Shown piece after piece: positions 30,346 through 39,924 of a stretch of 64,000 bases of DNA. Below the pieces are notes generated by a model. That model was not told where the DNA came from and ran no database searches. It saw only the letters and a program-made list of their open reading frames with translations. Source of the stretch: an uncultured Candidatus Saccharibacteria bacterium (lineage in GTDB: Bacteria; Patescibacteriota; CAZHWT01); contig CAZQWH010000002.1 in assembly GCA_964597145.1 (NCBI GenBank), positions 49,232 through 113,231 on the forward strand, read 5' to 3'. Positions within the stretch are counted from its first letter, which is position 1. Every line of letters starts with the position of its first letter. The position numbers and the translations under genes are program-made.

Positions 30346-30703
30346 GAAGGTTAGTATACGTCATTACGAAGCCATTCGGCTCTAAAGACTCAAGCCTCAT
30401 CGTCCATTCGACGGTCTCAAGCTTATGGTTGAAGGATCAGGCTCGAATGAGGAGTGGTAACGGACTGTGGCGACCTGCCTGTTTGGACGGCGAAGGCATG
30501 GGGAGTGGGCCAAGTTTCGGATTTCGAACTTTATCAATAAACCTACCCCTTCACCTCTTGTGCCAACGAATCATCGTAGGCAGACTCAGCATGATAGGAT
30601 GCCGGCAGAAAGCTGCAGTTTGACAACAAGTGTATTGATTGTCTGCCCAATATGTGTTACTATAGGTTATGTAGATTATTCGATTTCACCAAAGGTGGGG
30701 AAA

Positions 30704-31261
30704 ATGAGTCGGATTCCACTCGCTGATCAGTTTTCGCTATTGCGTGTTGCGTTCATGCTATTGGTGATTATCTCTAGCCTGTTTGAGAGGTGGGAATTCG
30801 CCCTTGTTTACCTTGTAGCGGGGTGGGTGACCGATATCCTGGATGGCTATCTCGCTCAGGAGTTTGGCTCCTGGAGAGACAAGTATCCCAGCCTGGACAT
30901 GGATGGCCTGGCCGATACGGCTTTGGCCTTTGGCTCCAGTCTGGTAGTTGTCATCTATGGGTGGCACTACTACAGTCTGGGGATAGCCTGGTCGCTGACT
31001 GGACTTTTCGCTCTGACAGTAATCTCGGGGGTGGGCATGGTGCTAGTGATGAACCAGACCGTAACCACCTGGACGCGTCGTCTGATCGCTGTCAACATGA
31101 TTGTGATGCATGGCGGAATCCAAATTTTTGGCACCGCCGCCTGGTTCGCCTACATGACCTTCGGTACCCCCGGGGTGCTCATCACTCTGGCAGTGGCGGT
31201 ACCCGTCGTTTTGCTGCAGCGACCTAAAATGCAGCTATGGATGGCTGGCAAGTTCGCCTAG
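30704..31261 (+). CDS. CDP-alcohol phosphatidyltransferase family protein
   Basis: 'DILDGYLAQEFGSWRDKYPSLDMDGLAD' is the D-x2-DG-x2-A(R/Q)-x8-G-x3-D-x3-D motif; multi-TM; ATG at 30704 after 'AAAGGTGGGG'. The longer ORF from 30467 runs through the repeat DNA. Confidence 0.7.
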   Translation: MSRIPLADQFSLLRVAFMLLVIISSLFERWEFALVYLVAGWVTDILDGYLAQEFGSWRDKYPSLDMDGLADTALAFGSSLVVVIYGWHYYSLGIAWSLTGLFALTVISGVGMVLVMNQTVTTWTRRLIAVNMIVMHGGIQIFGTAAWFAYMTFGTPGVLITLAVAVPVVLLQRPKMQLWMAGKFA

Positions 31262-31268
31262 CATCCAC

Positions 31269-31309
31269 GGGCGGTGTTCGTTTCTAACGCGCACCGCCCT
31301 TTGCTTTTT
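31269..31309 (+). terminator. Rho-independent terminator
   Basis: GGGCGGTG stem ... CACCGCCC followed by TTTGCTTTTT. Confidence 0.6.
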
Positions 31310-31422
31310 CCGAAGAGATAACCAGTTCTAATTTTACCAGACTGTGGCTAAACGTTCTTCCATAGGGTCAGACCCTGCCCAAGGGTCCGACCCTCACCTG
31401 GCGAATCTATGGTAAGCTATGA

Positions 31423-32889
31423 GTGCAATTACTTTTGCTTTCCAATCCAAACCAAATGTTGCAAGATTTTGACTCTAAATTGCAAGAAAAGTGTGGCGTC
31501 TTTGGCGTGTATGGTAAGGGATTAGAGGCCGCCCGGCTGGTGCATGTTGGTTTGTGGGCCTTACAACACCGTGGTCAAGAAAGTTCGGGTATTTGTTCTA
31601 GTAACGGCCGCTCATTATTTGCCCACAAAGATGCTGGTTTAGTGGCTCATGTTTTTAATGAAGCCAACCTAGGCAAACTTAAAGGCCACATCGCTATTGG
31701 CCATAACCGCTATGCCACATCCGGTAACGTCTCCAATTTTCATCACCAGCCAGTCACCCAAGCTGGCGCACTTTTAGCTCTAGCCCACAATGGTAATTTA
31801 CCTTCTACACTAAAACTAGAACGTTTTTTAAAAGGACGCCACTTCGATACGGCTACCATGAATGATTCCGAGATGATGCATGCCGCAATACAGGCATATT
31901 TAATGGAAGGCAAAACCATTGAGCAGGCAATTGAGTCGGCCTTCCCTTTATTCACTGGGGTGTTCTCTATAGTGGTTATGACCAATACAAAGATCATCGC
32001 GCTACGCGATACCTGTGGTGTGCGGCCACTGTCAATTGGTCGCCTCAGTGATGGCTTTGTTATTTCGTCGGAAACCTGTGCCATCAACGCCATCATGGCC
32101 GAGTATATCCGCGACGTCCAGCCAGGCGAAATGGTTGTTATCGATAGTAAAGGCCTCCACTCATACACTTTGGCTTCTGGCCAAACTAAGCTGGATATAT
32201 TTGAATTTGTTTATTTTGCCCGCCCCGATAGCCTACTGATGGGCAAGAGCGTTAATCAGGTTCGGCAACAGATGGGAGAACAGTTAGCCATCGAACATCC
32301 TCTAAAGGCCGACGTCGTCATTCCAGTTCCCGATTCGGGTATTCCAGCCGCAATTGGCTATGCCCGCAAAGCAGGCATTCCCTTTGACCACGGTTTTGTT
32401 AAAAACCGCTACATTCATCGCACCTTTATCCGTCCAGCTCAAAGCTTGCGCGAGCGCGATGTTAACATTAAATTAAACCCATTAAAAAGTGTGATTGCTG
32501 GCAAAAATGTCATTATTGTCGACGACTCAATTGTCCGTGGCACTACCTCAAAGAAAATTGTCGCTATGGTGCGAAGAGCCGGGGCAAAACAAGTGCATAT
32601 GCTGGCCAGCTCACCACCTGTGCGCTACCCCGACTTTTATGGGATCAACACGCCAAACCCACATGATTTACTCGCTTCTCGTCTAACCCACGCCCAAATC
32701 GAAGCCTATATTGAGGCCGATTCAATTGGCTATTTATCAATGAAGGGCATGATATCGGCAACCGGCGTACCGGCCAATCAGTTCAACACCTCCTGCTTTA
32801 GCGGAGAATACCCCGTTGCAGTTGGACGCAAAGCCCAACGTAGCATTGACACAATTACCAAACATCTCCAATCACTTGGCTTGGCTTAG
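31423..32889 (+). CDS. purF: Amidophosphoribosyltransferase
   Basis: Ntn-type GATase with 'CGVFGV' after a propeptide-like leader (start may be the ATG at 31459); PRTase motif 'VIIVDDSIVRGTT'; C-terminal 'CFSGEYP' Fe-S ligand region. Confidence 0.9.
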   Translation: MQLLLLSNPNQMLQDFDSKLQEKCGVFGVYGKGLEAARLVHVGLWALQHRGQESSGICSSNGRSLFAHKDAGLVAHVFNEANLGKLKGHIAIGHNRYATSGNVSNFHHQPVTQAGALLALAHNGNLPSTLKLERFLKGRHFDTATMNDSEMMHAAIQAYLMEGKTIEQAIESAFPLFTGVFSIVVMTNTKIIALRDTCGVRPLSIGRLSDGFVISSETCAINAIMAEYIRDVQPGEMVVIDSKGLHSYTLASGQTKLDIFEFVYFARPDSLLMGKSVNQVRQQMGEQLAIEHPLKADVVIPVPDSGIPAAIGYARKAGIPFDHGFVKNRYIHRTFIRPAQSLRERDVNIKLNPLKSVIAGKNVIIVDDSIVRGTTSKKIVAMVRRAGAKQVHMLASSPPVRYPDFYGINTPNPHDLLASRLTHAQIEAYIEADSIGYLSMKGMISATGVPANQFNTSCFSGEYPVAVGRKAQRSIDTITKHLQSLGLA

Positions 32890-34596
32890 CTGATCGGCCG
32901 CAGACTCAACAATCTCTTCCAAACCAGCATCGTTATGAGACGAAACGTGCTTTTGTCGATAGGCAGCGAACGAACTCTTACTCATGCCGTGCTTTTTTAA
33001 ATGGGAGCTTAACCGTTCACTGCCAATATAATGGGGCAGTACTACATACGTAGCTCCCAAATCGTACAATTGCTGGGCCTGGTCAAGATGGTCAGCGTGG
33101 CAAATAAATAATGCTTCGGATTTATGGTGTTTAAGATAATCAAGCAAGACCACATTCACACTAAACTCATCAATCGTACTCACCACCACCGCAGCCCGAT
33201 TAACATTCAATTCCTCAAGAAATTCTAGGTCAGTAGCATCACCATAGGCATGCCGGATGCCCTGCTGCTCTAAATACTCAACTACCTCTGGATCATAGTC
33301 AATCACTAAATAGCGTTGACGAAGATGTCGGAAGGCTCGAAGAAACTCATGCCCGCCTTTAGTATACCCAAAAAGAATCGCCTCATACGTCGTTTGTTGT
33401 TGCTTGGTCGCGCGCGGCTTGTGATGTTCAAAAATATGTAGCCAGCCATTAATCCTATCGTAAATGGCATCATCATACTTCATTAGATAGGTCGAAACCC
33501 CAATGGTAAGTAAGGCCACCATCGTAATAATGGCTAACACATGCTGGTTAATAAGCCCCACGCTATAGGCAAATACTACTAAGACCATCGAAAACTCACT
33601 AATTTGCGACAAGTGAATACCCGCTTTAAAACTCGTCAGTCGAGTGTAGCCGAGTGCCCCTAGAGTAGCAATCACCGCCAACGGTTTACCCAATATAACA
33701 ATGACTGATAGCAGTAAAGCTGGGAGTAGACTAATCCCAACCTGTTCAAATGAGAATGATTCACCCAGATGGACAAAGAACAGCACAATAAAGAAATCCC
33801 GTAATGGTTTAAGCCGAGAGCTCATTTGCGTGGCATAAGGCAAGGCGGCTAAGCTAATACCAGCTGCCAGCGCTCCAACCTCATACGAAAACCCAATTAA
33901 CGAAAACAAAGTGGCGATCCCAAAGGCCCACGCCACCGCGAATAGAAAAAGCAGTTCCTGAGAGCCAGCAAACAACCGGCCAATGTAGGGCATTAACTTG
34001 GTGCTAACTAGATACAAAGCCAACACAATCCCGCCCCCCTTTAAGATTAGGACCAAAATATCGGAATAATTAAGACCCCCTGTTGTACCAATCGCCGCCA
34101 CTACCAGCAACGCCAGTGTGGCCACCATATCATCCATCACAATTACCCCAATCGAAAGCTGGGAGTAGAGTCGGGACAATTCTTTTTTATCGGAGATTAC
34201 TTTTAAAATGATAATAGTACTACTAAAGAATAAGGCGAGCCCAATAATTAGCCCTTCAAAAGTACTAAATCCCAAAATGGTACCAACGGCAAAACCAGCA
34301 CTCCCAACCAAGAGCAAAATGGAGATGGCTGTGAGTAGCACTGGCCGCCCCAAGCTTTTAATCACATTTGGGTTGAGCCCTAGGCCAATGATGAACAACA
34401 GTAAAGTAATACCAATTTCACTAAAAGAAGCGAATGCCTCGCTATCACTAACCAGGTTAAGAACTGCCGGGCCAACCAGAATACCCGTTACGATATATCC
34501 CATAATCAGCGGCTGGCGGAATAGTCGCATCAGCAATGAGATAACACCGGCGATCACTAAAACTAAGGTAAGCTGAGTAAAGATTGCTTGATCCAT
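32872..34596 (-). CDS. Monovalent cation:proton antiporter-2 (CPA2, KefB/KefC-like) with C-terminal TrkA-N/KTN regulatory domain
   Basis: ~12 TM helices of the Na_H_Exchanger family, then 'YLVIDYDPEVVEYLEQQGIRHAYGDATD' Rossmann-type KTN domain. Confidence 0.85.
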   Translation of the reverse strand: MDQAIFTQLTLVLVIAGVISLLMRLFRQPLIMGYIVTGILVGPAVLNLVSDSEAFASFSEIGITLLLFIIGLGLNPNVIKSLGRPVLLTAISILLLVGSAGFAVGTILGFSTFEGLIIGLALFFSSTIIILKVISDKKELSRLYSQLSIGVIVMDDMVATLALLVVAAIGTTGGLNYSDILVLILKGGGIVLALYLVSTKLMPYIGRLFAGSQELLFLFAVAWAFGIATLFSLIGFSYEVGALAAGISLAALPYATQMSSRLKPLRDFFIVLFFVHLGESFSFEQVGISLLPALLLSVIVILGKPLAVIATLGALGYTRLTSFKAGIHLSQISEFSMVLVVFAYSVGLINQHVLAIITMVALLTIGVSTYLMKYDDAIYDRINGWLHIFEHHKPRATKQQQTTYEAILFGYTKGGHEFLRAFRHLRQRYLVIDYDPEVVEYLEQQGIRHAYGDATDLEFLEELNVNRAAVVVSTIDEFSVNVVLLDYLKHHKSEALFICHADHLDQAQQLYDLGATYVVLPHYIGSERLSSHLKKHGMSKSSFAAYRQKHVSSHNDAGLEEIVESAADQLSQAK

Positions 34597-35216
34597 GTGT
34601 ATTTATTGTAACGTATATTGTTTCCCGACGCACAGGAGGAATTCGCTGACGCGAGACTTTGACTAAGAGAATTGGAGATGGGATGTAGGATGAAGGATTC
34701 GGGATATAAGTAGGTTAAAGTGCAAAGTGTAAATGGCAAAGCCAAAGGTTAAAAGCTAAGACATTAAAGATCTTCGGTTTATCACGATAACCGATCTACG
34801 ATCAACTCATAATCCAAAACCGATAGACGATGTGCAAGATACAAAATACCTCAGCCTAGCAACCAACGTCTTGGATAAAGTCCTATAGTATAGTATAATC
34901 TTGGGAAAGGCAGCTGATCTTTTCGCTTAAAGTCAGGAGAGGATTATGACTCCAGAAGCGCTCGAAGAGGCAAGTCATCCTCAGCCAACAGTTCGATCTT
35001 CAGGGTCATCTCGATCCAGGCGACTCTGTCATCTTCCAAGGCGAAAATGACGGTGTTCAGCTCTTTATCGAGACCAACCAGGCTGGCGACGTTGTCTACT
35101 TCTTTGCTCCCGAAGACTACGAGCCATAAGGAGCTTGCCCCGGATGCACAGCAGTGCATTCCGTGGTTTAACTTTTTATCTGTTCATACACACAGGCTTG
35201 AACAAGGAGAGTGAAC

Positions 35217-35399
35217 GTGTCTACCGCAAAGATCTTTTGTCCCAATTGCAACCAGATGCAGTTGGTGTCCGACGCTAAGTCCAAGACCGAAGTTGTTGAT
35301 GGACGGCCGCCGAAAATCCAAACCACCATCCAAGGCACCTGCCCTAGATGTGGCCGGGAAATTAGCAAGTCCCCACCTGCAGCCGGCAAGCTTCGTTAG
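35217..35399 (+). CDS. Small zinc-ribbon protein
   Basis: 'CPNC...CPRC' two CxxC pairs; GTG start after 'AAGGAGAG'; GC-rich segment. Confidence 0.4.
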   Translation: MSTAKIFCPNCNQMQLVSDAKSKTEVVDGRPPKIQTTIQGTCPRCGREISKSPPAAGKLR

Positions 35400-35433
35400 G
35401 CATTACCACCGCAATCACATTTAAGGAGAGGTT

Positions 35434-35880
35434 ATGAAGCGGGGACAAATACTCCACGAGCTGCAGCAGAAGCAGCGTCAAATCATCAAGCAACAATACG
35501 GTCGCGATCGGATCTTTGGTTACAGGCTGGTACAACAGCCTTCAGTGGTCAATATCCAGCAACGCCGGGCCATGCTGCCATACATTAAACGGCAAGTACG
35601 GGAGATCATTGGTAGGCTGGTCGTTGAAGTGCTCAATAACGACACTCCTGTTGCCCTAACTGGCAATGCCATGGCGCTGCCTCACGATCCGCTCACGCCG
35701 AGCGAACAAGAAGTCTTACGCTTAGTTCTGGAAGACATCTTCCAAGTGGAGGATTGGCCACATCTTCAACCCAATGAGGATGCGCTGGTCATAGTACGAG
35801 GAGGTATCCGCCTCGGCGCCCAGTGTTCAAAAATAGGCAAGGTTATCTACTACCTTGCTCCAAAAAACTACCAGCCGTAG
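35434..35880 (+). CDS. Hypothetical protein (148 aa)
   Basis: ORF 35 nt downstream of the zinc-ribbon gene, RBS 'AAGGAGAGG'; followed by a terminator hairpin. Confidence 0.4.
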   Translation: MKRGQILHELQQKQRQIIKQQYGRDRIFGYRLVQQPSVVNIQQRRAMLPYIKRQVREIIGRLVVEVLNNDTPVALTGNAMALPHDPLTPSEQEVLRLVLEDIFQVEDWPHLQPNEDALVIVRGGIRLGAQCSKIGKVIYYLAPKNYQP

Positions 35881-35888
35881 AAAGTCAG

Positions 35889-35930
35889 ACCCTAGATACG
35901 CACCTAAGCGCTCTAGGGTTCTTTATTTCA
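35889..35930 (+). terminator. Rho-independent terminator
   Basis: ACCCTAGA stem ... TCTAGGGT followed by TCTTTATTTC. Confidence 0.5.
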
Positions 35931-35938
35931 TACACTAC

Positions 35939-35983
35939 TTGACGACTCTGTCATAATAGAATTATATCCCCCTAGGGGGGATA
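35939..35983 (+). promoter_or_regulatory. Candidate sigma70-type promoter (TTGACG-17-TTATAT) overlapped by a G/C-tract palindrome ATATCCCCCTAGGGGGGATA, putative CsoR/RcnR-type operator
   Basis: Palindrome at 35964..35983 overlaps the -10 element. Type-2 G-tract operators are typical of CsoR/RcnR repressors, and the csoR gene follows. Confidence 0.5.
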
Positions 35984-36094
35984 AGTATGAAGTTAAAAAT
36001 CAAAAATCAAAGGTCAAAACCACAGTTCAAAGCTTAAAATTTTACCTCCAAAGCGCAGTTTTGCCTTTTGACCTTGCGACAAAGGAGGCTATTT

Positions 36095-36364
36095 ATGTAC
36101 CGACCGAAAGACGACAAGGACCGTATTATCCACCGGCTAAAGATTGCCCGTGGACACTTAAACAAGGTTATGCAGATGGTCCAGGATGACGAATATTGCA
36201 TTAACGTGTTGCATCAATCCCAGGCAGTACAGCAGGCTTTACGGCAAACCGAAACGGTACTGATTGAGCATCATTTTAATCATTGTATGGTGGATCAGCT
36301 GCAAAATGGCCAACAAAATAAAGCGGTTCAAGAAATGATGAAAATTATTAAAAAGAGAGGCTAA
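36095..36364 (+). CDS. csoR: CsoR/RcnR-family metal-sensing transcriptional repressor
   Basis: 'RLKIARGHLNKVMQMVQDDEYCINVLHQSQAVQQAL...EHHFNHC' carries the C-H-C ligand positions of DUF156; RBS 'AAAGGAGG'. Confidence 0.85.
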   Translation: MYRPKDDKDRIIHRLKIARGHLNKVMQMVQDDEYCINVLHQSQAVQQALRQTETVLIEHHFNHCMVDQLQNGQQNKAVQEMMKIIKKRG

Positions 36365-36366
36365 CC

Positions 36367-36999
36367 ATGACCAATAAACCAACCATATACACCTGTCCCA
36401 TGCATCCAGAAATAAAATCGGACAAGCCAGGCAAATGCCCCATTTGTGGCGGCATGGATTTAGTCGAACAGAGTACACTGTCTCAGTTAGCTCCCCTTGC
36501 ACCTCAATCACAGGAAAGCTATCGGCCTTTGGTTATCATTATTAGCTTAATTAGTCTGGTTACCATTGTACTGTCAATCACCCAATGGCTAGCCGGCCAA
36601 TGGTCATGGCAACAGAGTATGGCCTATTTTATGGCCGGGTTTTTCTTAGTATTTTCGGGCTTTAAATTACTCGACCTTAAGGGGTTTGTAGATGGGTATC
36701 AAACCTATGACCTGTTAGCTAAACGAATTCCCGCTTATGGCTATGTGTATCCCTTTTTAGAACTTGGCCTAGGCTTACTTTATGCTACCATGGCATTCCC
36801 GTTGTTCGCTGATATAGCTACGGTTATACTACTCGGATTTAGTGGTATTGGTGTAGCCCAAAAACTACGCAAACATGAGCGCTTCCAGTGTGCTTGTTTA
36901 GGAACATTTCTAAAAGTGCCCTTAACTAAAGTAACCTTGGTTGAAGATTTTGGTATGGCCATAATGGCCTTAATCATGCTCGTGATGCGGCTCATGTAG
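36367..36999 (+). CDS. Heavy-metal-binding-domain (YHYH/'TCPMHPE') protein fused to a 4-TM membrane domain (MauE/DoxX-like)
   Basis: 'YTCPMHPEIKSDKPGKCPICGGMDL' is the heavy-metal-binding domain (HMBD) motif; the gene starts 2 nt after the csoR stop, so it is co-transcribed. Confidence 0.7.
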   Translation: MTNKPTIYTCPMHPEIKSDKPGKCPICGGMDLVEQSTLSQLAPLAPQSQESYRPLVIIISLISLVTIVLSITQWLAGQWSWQQSMAYFMAGFFLVFSGFKLLDLKGFVDGYQTYDLLAKRIPAYGYVYPFLELGLGLLYATMAFPLFADIATVILLGFSGIGVAQKLRKHERFQCACLGTFLKVPLTKVTLVEDFGMAIMALIMLVMRLM

Positions 37000-37052
37000 T
37001 ATAAAAGGGTGTTTAGGTTATACGCCTAAACACCCTTATTTATTCAGTTAAC

Positions 37053-38258
37053 CTACGGCAGCGACAGCTTATGGCTTTGACAGCCACGGTTGGGGTAGGG
37101 CACCCGCAACGATTCTCTAATCAACTGCAACTCCTCTATAAAAGCCTGAACTCGGGGGTTAGACCGATCGCTCAAGTCAACGCAACCCTCCATAGCCAGT
37201 TCGTTCCAACTCCATTGTTGAAGCTCCGGCATATCGTCGAGCACCTGCTGCGACCATTTACCGGGCGGCAAAAAGATCGGCTTGGGGGAGTAATAAATCG
37301 GGTCATCCTCACCCCGGAAAGGATTGGGAGCACTCCATCGGCCAATATGAACCCGATCATCTCCAAACAAGTTATTCGGCGTCGCCGTGGTTAGCACGGG
37401 GCTATTACCAATCATCTCCGTTCCTTCAAACGGTTCAATGCCATGGTTTCGACTCTGAAACCGCCGTTGGGTAGCCACCACCCTGCCATCTGGCCGAAAA
37501 ATCTGCTCCATCACCCATTCAACATCCAGCGTCCGCTGGAACGACGTCATTAAACGGGTTGGCATGCTGCCGCCATTCTCGGAGGAGAAGATGAGGTGGG
37601 AAGAGACTAGGTACTCAGCGGTAGAATCACGCTTTTTAATGTGGCAATAGCCTACCAGTGGAATATCATCGAGCACGTTGTGAAGGTTCTTAATTTTAAC
37701 CACAGGATTGTGGTCAATAAAGCTGGCTAACAACGAATCGGATGCCGGCCGAGCCGCAGTCAAAGTCAGCGAATCTGGTATAGGAATAGCAACCGCTGCG
37801 TCCTGGTTTACGGTAATTTGATGATCACCAGCCGTAAACGTACCCAAGTTAATCGAATTGGGAACTCGCCGCCCTGGAGTTTCAGAGCGAATAAGCGACA
37901 GCAAATGACGCCGACCGCTACCCAATCGCACAATCAAGGGATGAACGAATGTTACTTCGGCGCTAGCTGCACTTGCAGTTAAGTAAACCGTCGTCTCCTC
38001 GGCCAGAGAAAAGGTGAAAGTTTTCACTTCGTTATCGCTACCAGCCACCAGCCGAAGATCGATTGGTAATTCAGCCTGGGATCTAACCAATCCCCAAAAC
38101 TCAAGTGGCTCCAAGAGGGCAAATCCGCGGAATTGACGATTAAACTCCCGCGCCCACTCCGCCTGTGCTTTAACCGTAATTGCAGCTGATTGCATAGCAA
38201 CCAGTGCTGCACCCAGCACAAAGTTCCGCCGGTTAAGCCGCCTTAGTCCGCTGGACAT
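37053..38258 (-). CDS. Tat-secreted hypothetical protein (401 aa)
   Basis: Twin-arginine signal 'RRLNRRNFVLGAALVAMQSAA'; no catalytic motif recognised. Confidence 0.5.
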   Translation of the reverse strand: MSSGLRRLNRRNFVLGAALVAMQSAAITVKAQAEWAREFNRQFRGFALLEPLEFWGLVRSQAELPIDLRLVAGSDNEVKTFTFSLAEETTVYLTASAASAEVTFVHPLIVRLGSGRRHLLSLIRSETPGRRVPNSINLGTFTAGDHQITVNQDAAVAIPIPDSLTLTAARPASDSLLASFIDHNPVVKIKNLHNVLDDIPLVGYCHIKKRDSTAEYLVSSHLIFSSENGGSMPTRLMTSFQRTLDVEWVMEQIFRPDGRVVATQRRFQSRNHGIEPFEGTEMIGNSPVLTTATPNNLFGDDRVHIGRWSAPNPFRGEDDPIYYSPKPIFLPPGKWSQQVLDDMPELQQWSWNELAMEGCVDLSDRSNPRVQAFIEELQLIRESLRVPYPNRGCQSHKLSLP

Positions 38259-38349
38259 GCCATACCCCTTTCTTTGTTTGCCTGCCTCCAGTTAGGCGCA
38301 TTATAGCACGGTTAATTGAGTCTTAAGTCCGAAAAGAAGGTGTGTACTT

Positions 38350-38417
38350 CATTGCCAGGGAGTGGTAGCAACCGTGGCAACCTGCCTGTTTCGCATCTAA
38401 AATTCGCTCGCTATGAC
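38350..38417. repeat. MITE-like element with GTCATTGC(G/C)AGG-type inverted termini (family copy)
   Basis: 'TTCATTGCCAGGGAGTGGTAGCAACCGTGGCAACCTGCC...CGCTATGACGAGGGAGG'; the internal 'GGAGTGGTA.C..C..TGGCAACCTGCC' is shared with the copy at 52815. Confidence 0.6.
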
Positions 38418-38581
38418 GAGGGAGGGGTGGGGTTGGAGATCGGGTTTTAGGTTTCTAGCTCTAAGCGTCAGTACGTCCTCGTCATTCCCGCGCAGGCGGG
38501 AATCTGAGACTGTGGTGGTGGATGTAGGGCTTAGATTTAATTGGAGAAGATCGCCACGGCGTAGCCTCGCGATGACGGGCT

Positions 38582-38623
38582 GTAGACCGTAGACCGTAGA
38601 CCGTAGACCGTAGACCGTAGAGG
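38582..38623. repeat. Heptanucleotide tandem array (GTAGACC, 6 units) inside a composite repeat element
   Basis: Read directly; flanked by the conserved 'GATCGCCACGGCGTAGCCTCGCGATGACGGG' (38551..38580) and 'GAGGAGATTCTATCTCTTCGCT' (38621..38642). Confidence 0.9.
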
Positions 38624-38816
38624 AGATTCTATCTCTTCGCTGCGCTCCGCTCCAGAATGACGGGAGGGTGTCGAAGATCGGAGGTCGGAGATCTAATATC
38701 GTATTTCATTCATCCAGCAGTCCAATCTCCTAACTCCTGCCTCCTGCAGTACATACAAAAAGACCCCGGAGATTATCCGGGGTCTTTTTGTTAGGCGTTA
38801 GCTAATTAATGGTAAT

Positions 38817-39566
38817 TTAAGAGATAAACTTTTTACCAATTAATGCTGCGCTAATACCACCCAAGGCTACCATCATGGCCGCACCAGGACCAGTTGAAGG
38901 AAGTTGTGTTACTTCACCTAGTACATCTGGAGTAGGAGTTGGCGTTGGGTTCTGGCTACCACCAGTAGGCTGCTGAACCTGATGCACCTTAGTAGGTGTA
39001 GGGGTTGGCTTATGGTGGTTGTGCTGCTCCGGTGTAGGAGTTGGGGTATTATCCTCAACAGCTGGAGTCGGAGTTGGAGTTGGGGTATTATCCTCAGGAG
39101 TTGGGGTAGGAGTTATTCGAGGTGTTGGGGTAGCTGTAGGAGTTGGAGTAGGCTGACTTGTCACAATAGTTAAGCGACAGTCATTCTTGTAAATACCATT
39201 AAAAGTAGTTAAGGTGCCTTGGCCCAAAACCTTTGAGTCACAAACCCAACCTTTATCATTAGCAAAGTCCTTCAAACTATAGTCGCATGAACTTTCCTTA
39301 ATAATACCGTTAAACGAAGTTGGTGATTTTTGACCCAAAATCTTAATTGGGCAAACGCTTTTACCATTAACAGAGCAATCGCGCTTATAAATACCATTCA
39401 TTTTATCGGTGGTGGCATTATATTGGCCCAGAAACTTAATTGAACAATGGATTACTTTAGTACTAACAGTGCTGCTCGCCGAGACGGTGGCTGGTTGAGC
39501 AAACATGCCCATCCCCATCAAGCTTACAGCTGCGACTAAACTAACAGTAGATTTAATTGAATTCAT
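38817..39566 (-). CDS. LPXTG-anchored cell-surface protein with three Cys-containing ~35-aa modules and a Pro/Thr-rich stalk
   Basis: Signal peptide; thrice-repeated 'K.LGQ....FNGIYK.DC' modules; 'PTPTPT' linker; C-terminal 'LPSTG' plus hydrophobic helix plus 'KKFIS' sorting signal. Confidence 0.85.
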   Translation of the reverse strand: MNSIKSTVSLVAAVSLMGMGMFAQPATVSASSTVSTKVIHCSIKFLGQYNATTDKMNGIYKRDCSVNGKSVCPIKILGQKSPTSFNGIIKESSCDYSLKDFANDKGWVCDSKVLGQGTLTTFNGIYKNDCRLTIVTSQPTPTPTATPTPRITPTPTPEDNTPTPTPTPAVEDNTPTPTPEQHNHHKPTPTPTKVHQVQQPTGGSQNPTPTPTPDVLGEVTQLPSTGPGAAMMVALGGISAALIGKKFIS

Positions 39567-39817
39567 ATTAGTGTCCCTCCTTGGGGTTACTAGTTATTGA
39601 TATATTTATACCATATACTATAGGATATGTCAAGATGTACTATTATATGCCTATCTTCTGGGATTTGCAAATAAGAAATTATCTGAGTTAATTCTTTAGT
39701 CTTAAATCGGAGTAAATTATAGGGTTTATAAACTAATTTTAATAGAACCCAGATGGTATAATGGGCGCCGATAGAATTTGGAGATAGAAGCTAGGAGCTA
39801 GGAGCTCGAATGTAAAT

Positions 39818-39892
39818 GTCATTGCAAGGGAGTGTATTGACCGCGGCAATCTATATAAACCAATCAAGATTGCTTCGCTAGGGCGCAATGAC
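39818..39892. repeat. MITE-like element, GTCATTGCAAGGG ... GCGCAATGAC terminal inverted repeats
   Basis: ~75 nt; internal 'GACCGCGGCAATCT'; preceded by GCTAGGA x2. Confidence 0.7.
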
Positions 39893-39924
39893 GACAAGCA
39901 ACTTACAATTAACGGTATTTAAGT

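Noticed and set aside
31330-31422. Possible purine riboswitch upstream of purF (paired GGGTCAGACCC / GGGTCCGACCC hairpins)
   Set aside because: No match to the purine, ZTP or PRPP aptamer cores that I can recognise by eye; left as an unexplained structured leader.
38982-39173. Plus-strand 63-aa ORF antisense to the LPXTG protein gene; likewise 49414..49680 (GVGVG-rich) antisense to the vWA gene
   Set aside because: Both lie opposite Pro/Thr-linker-coding DNA (ACnCCn repeats), which keeps the antisense frame open. The sense genes have strong domain evidence.
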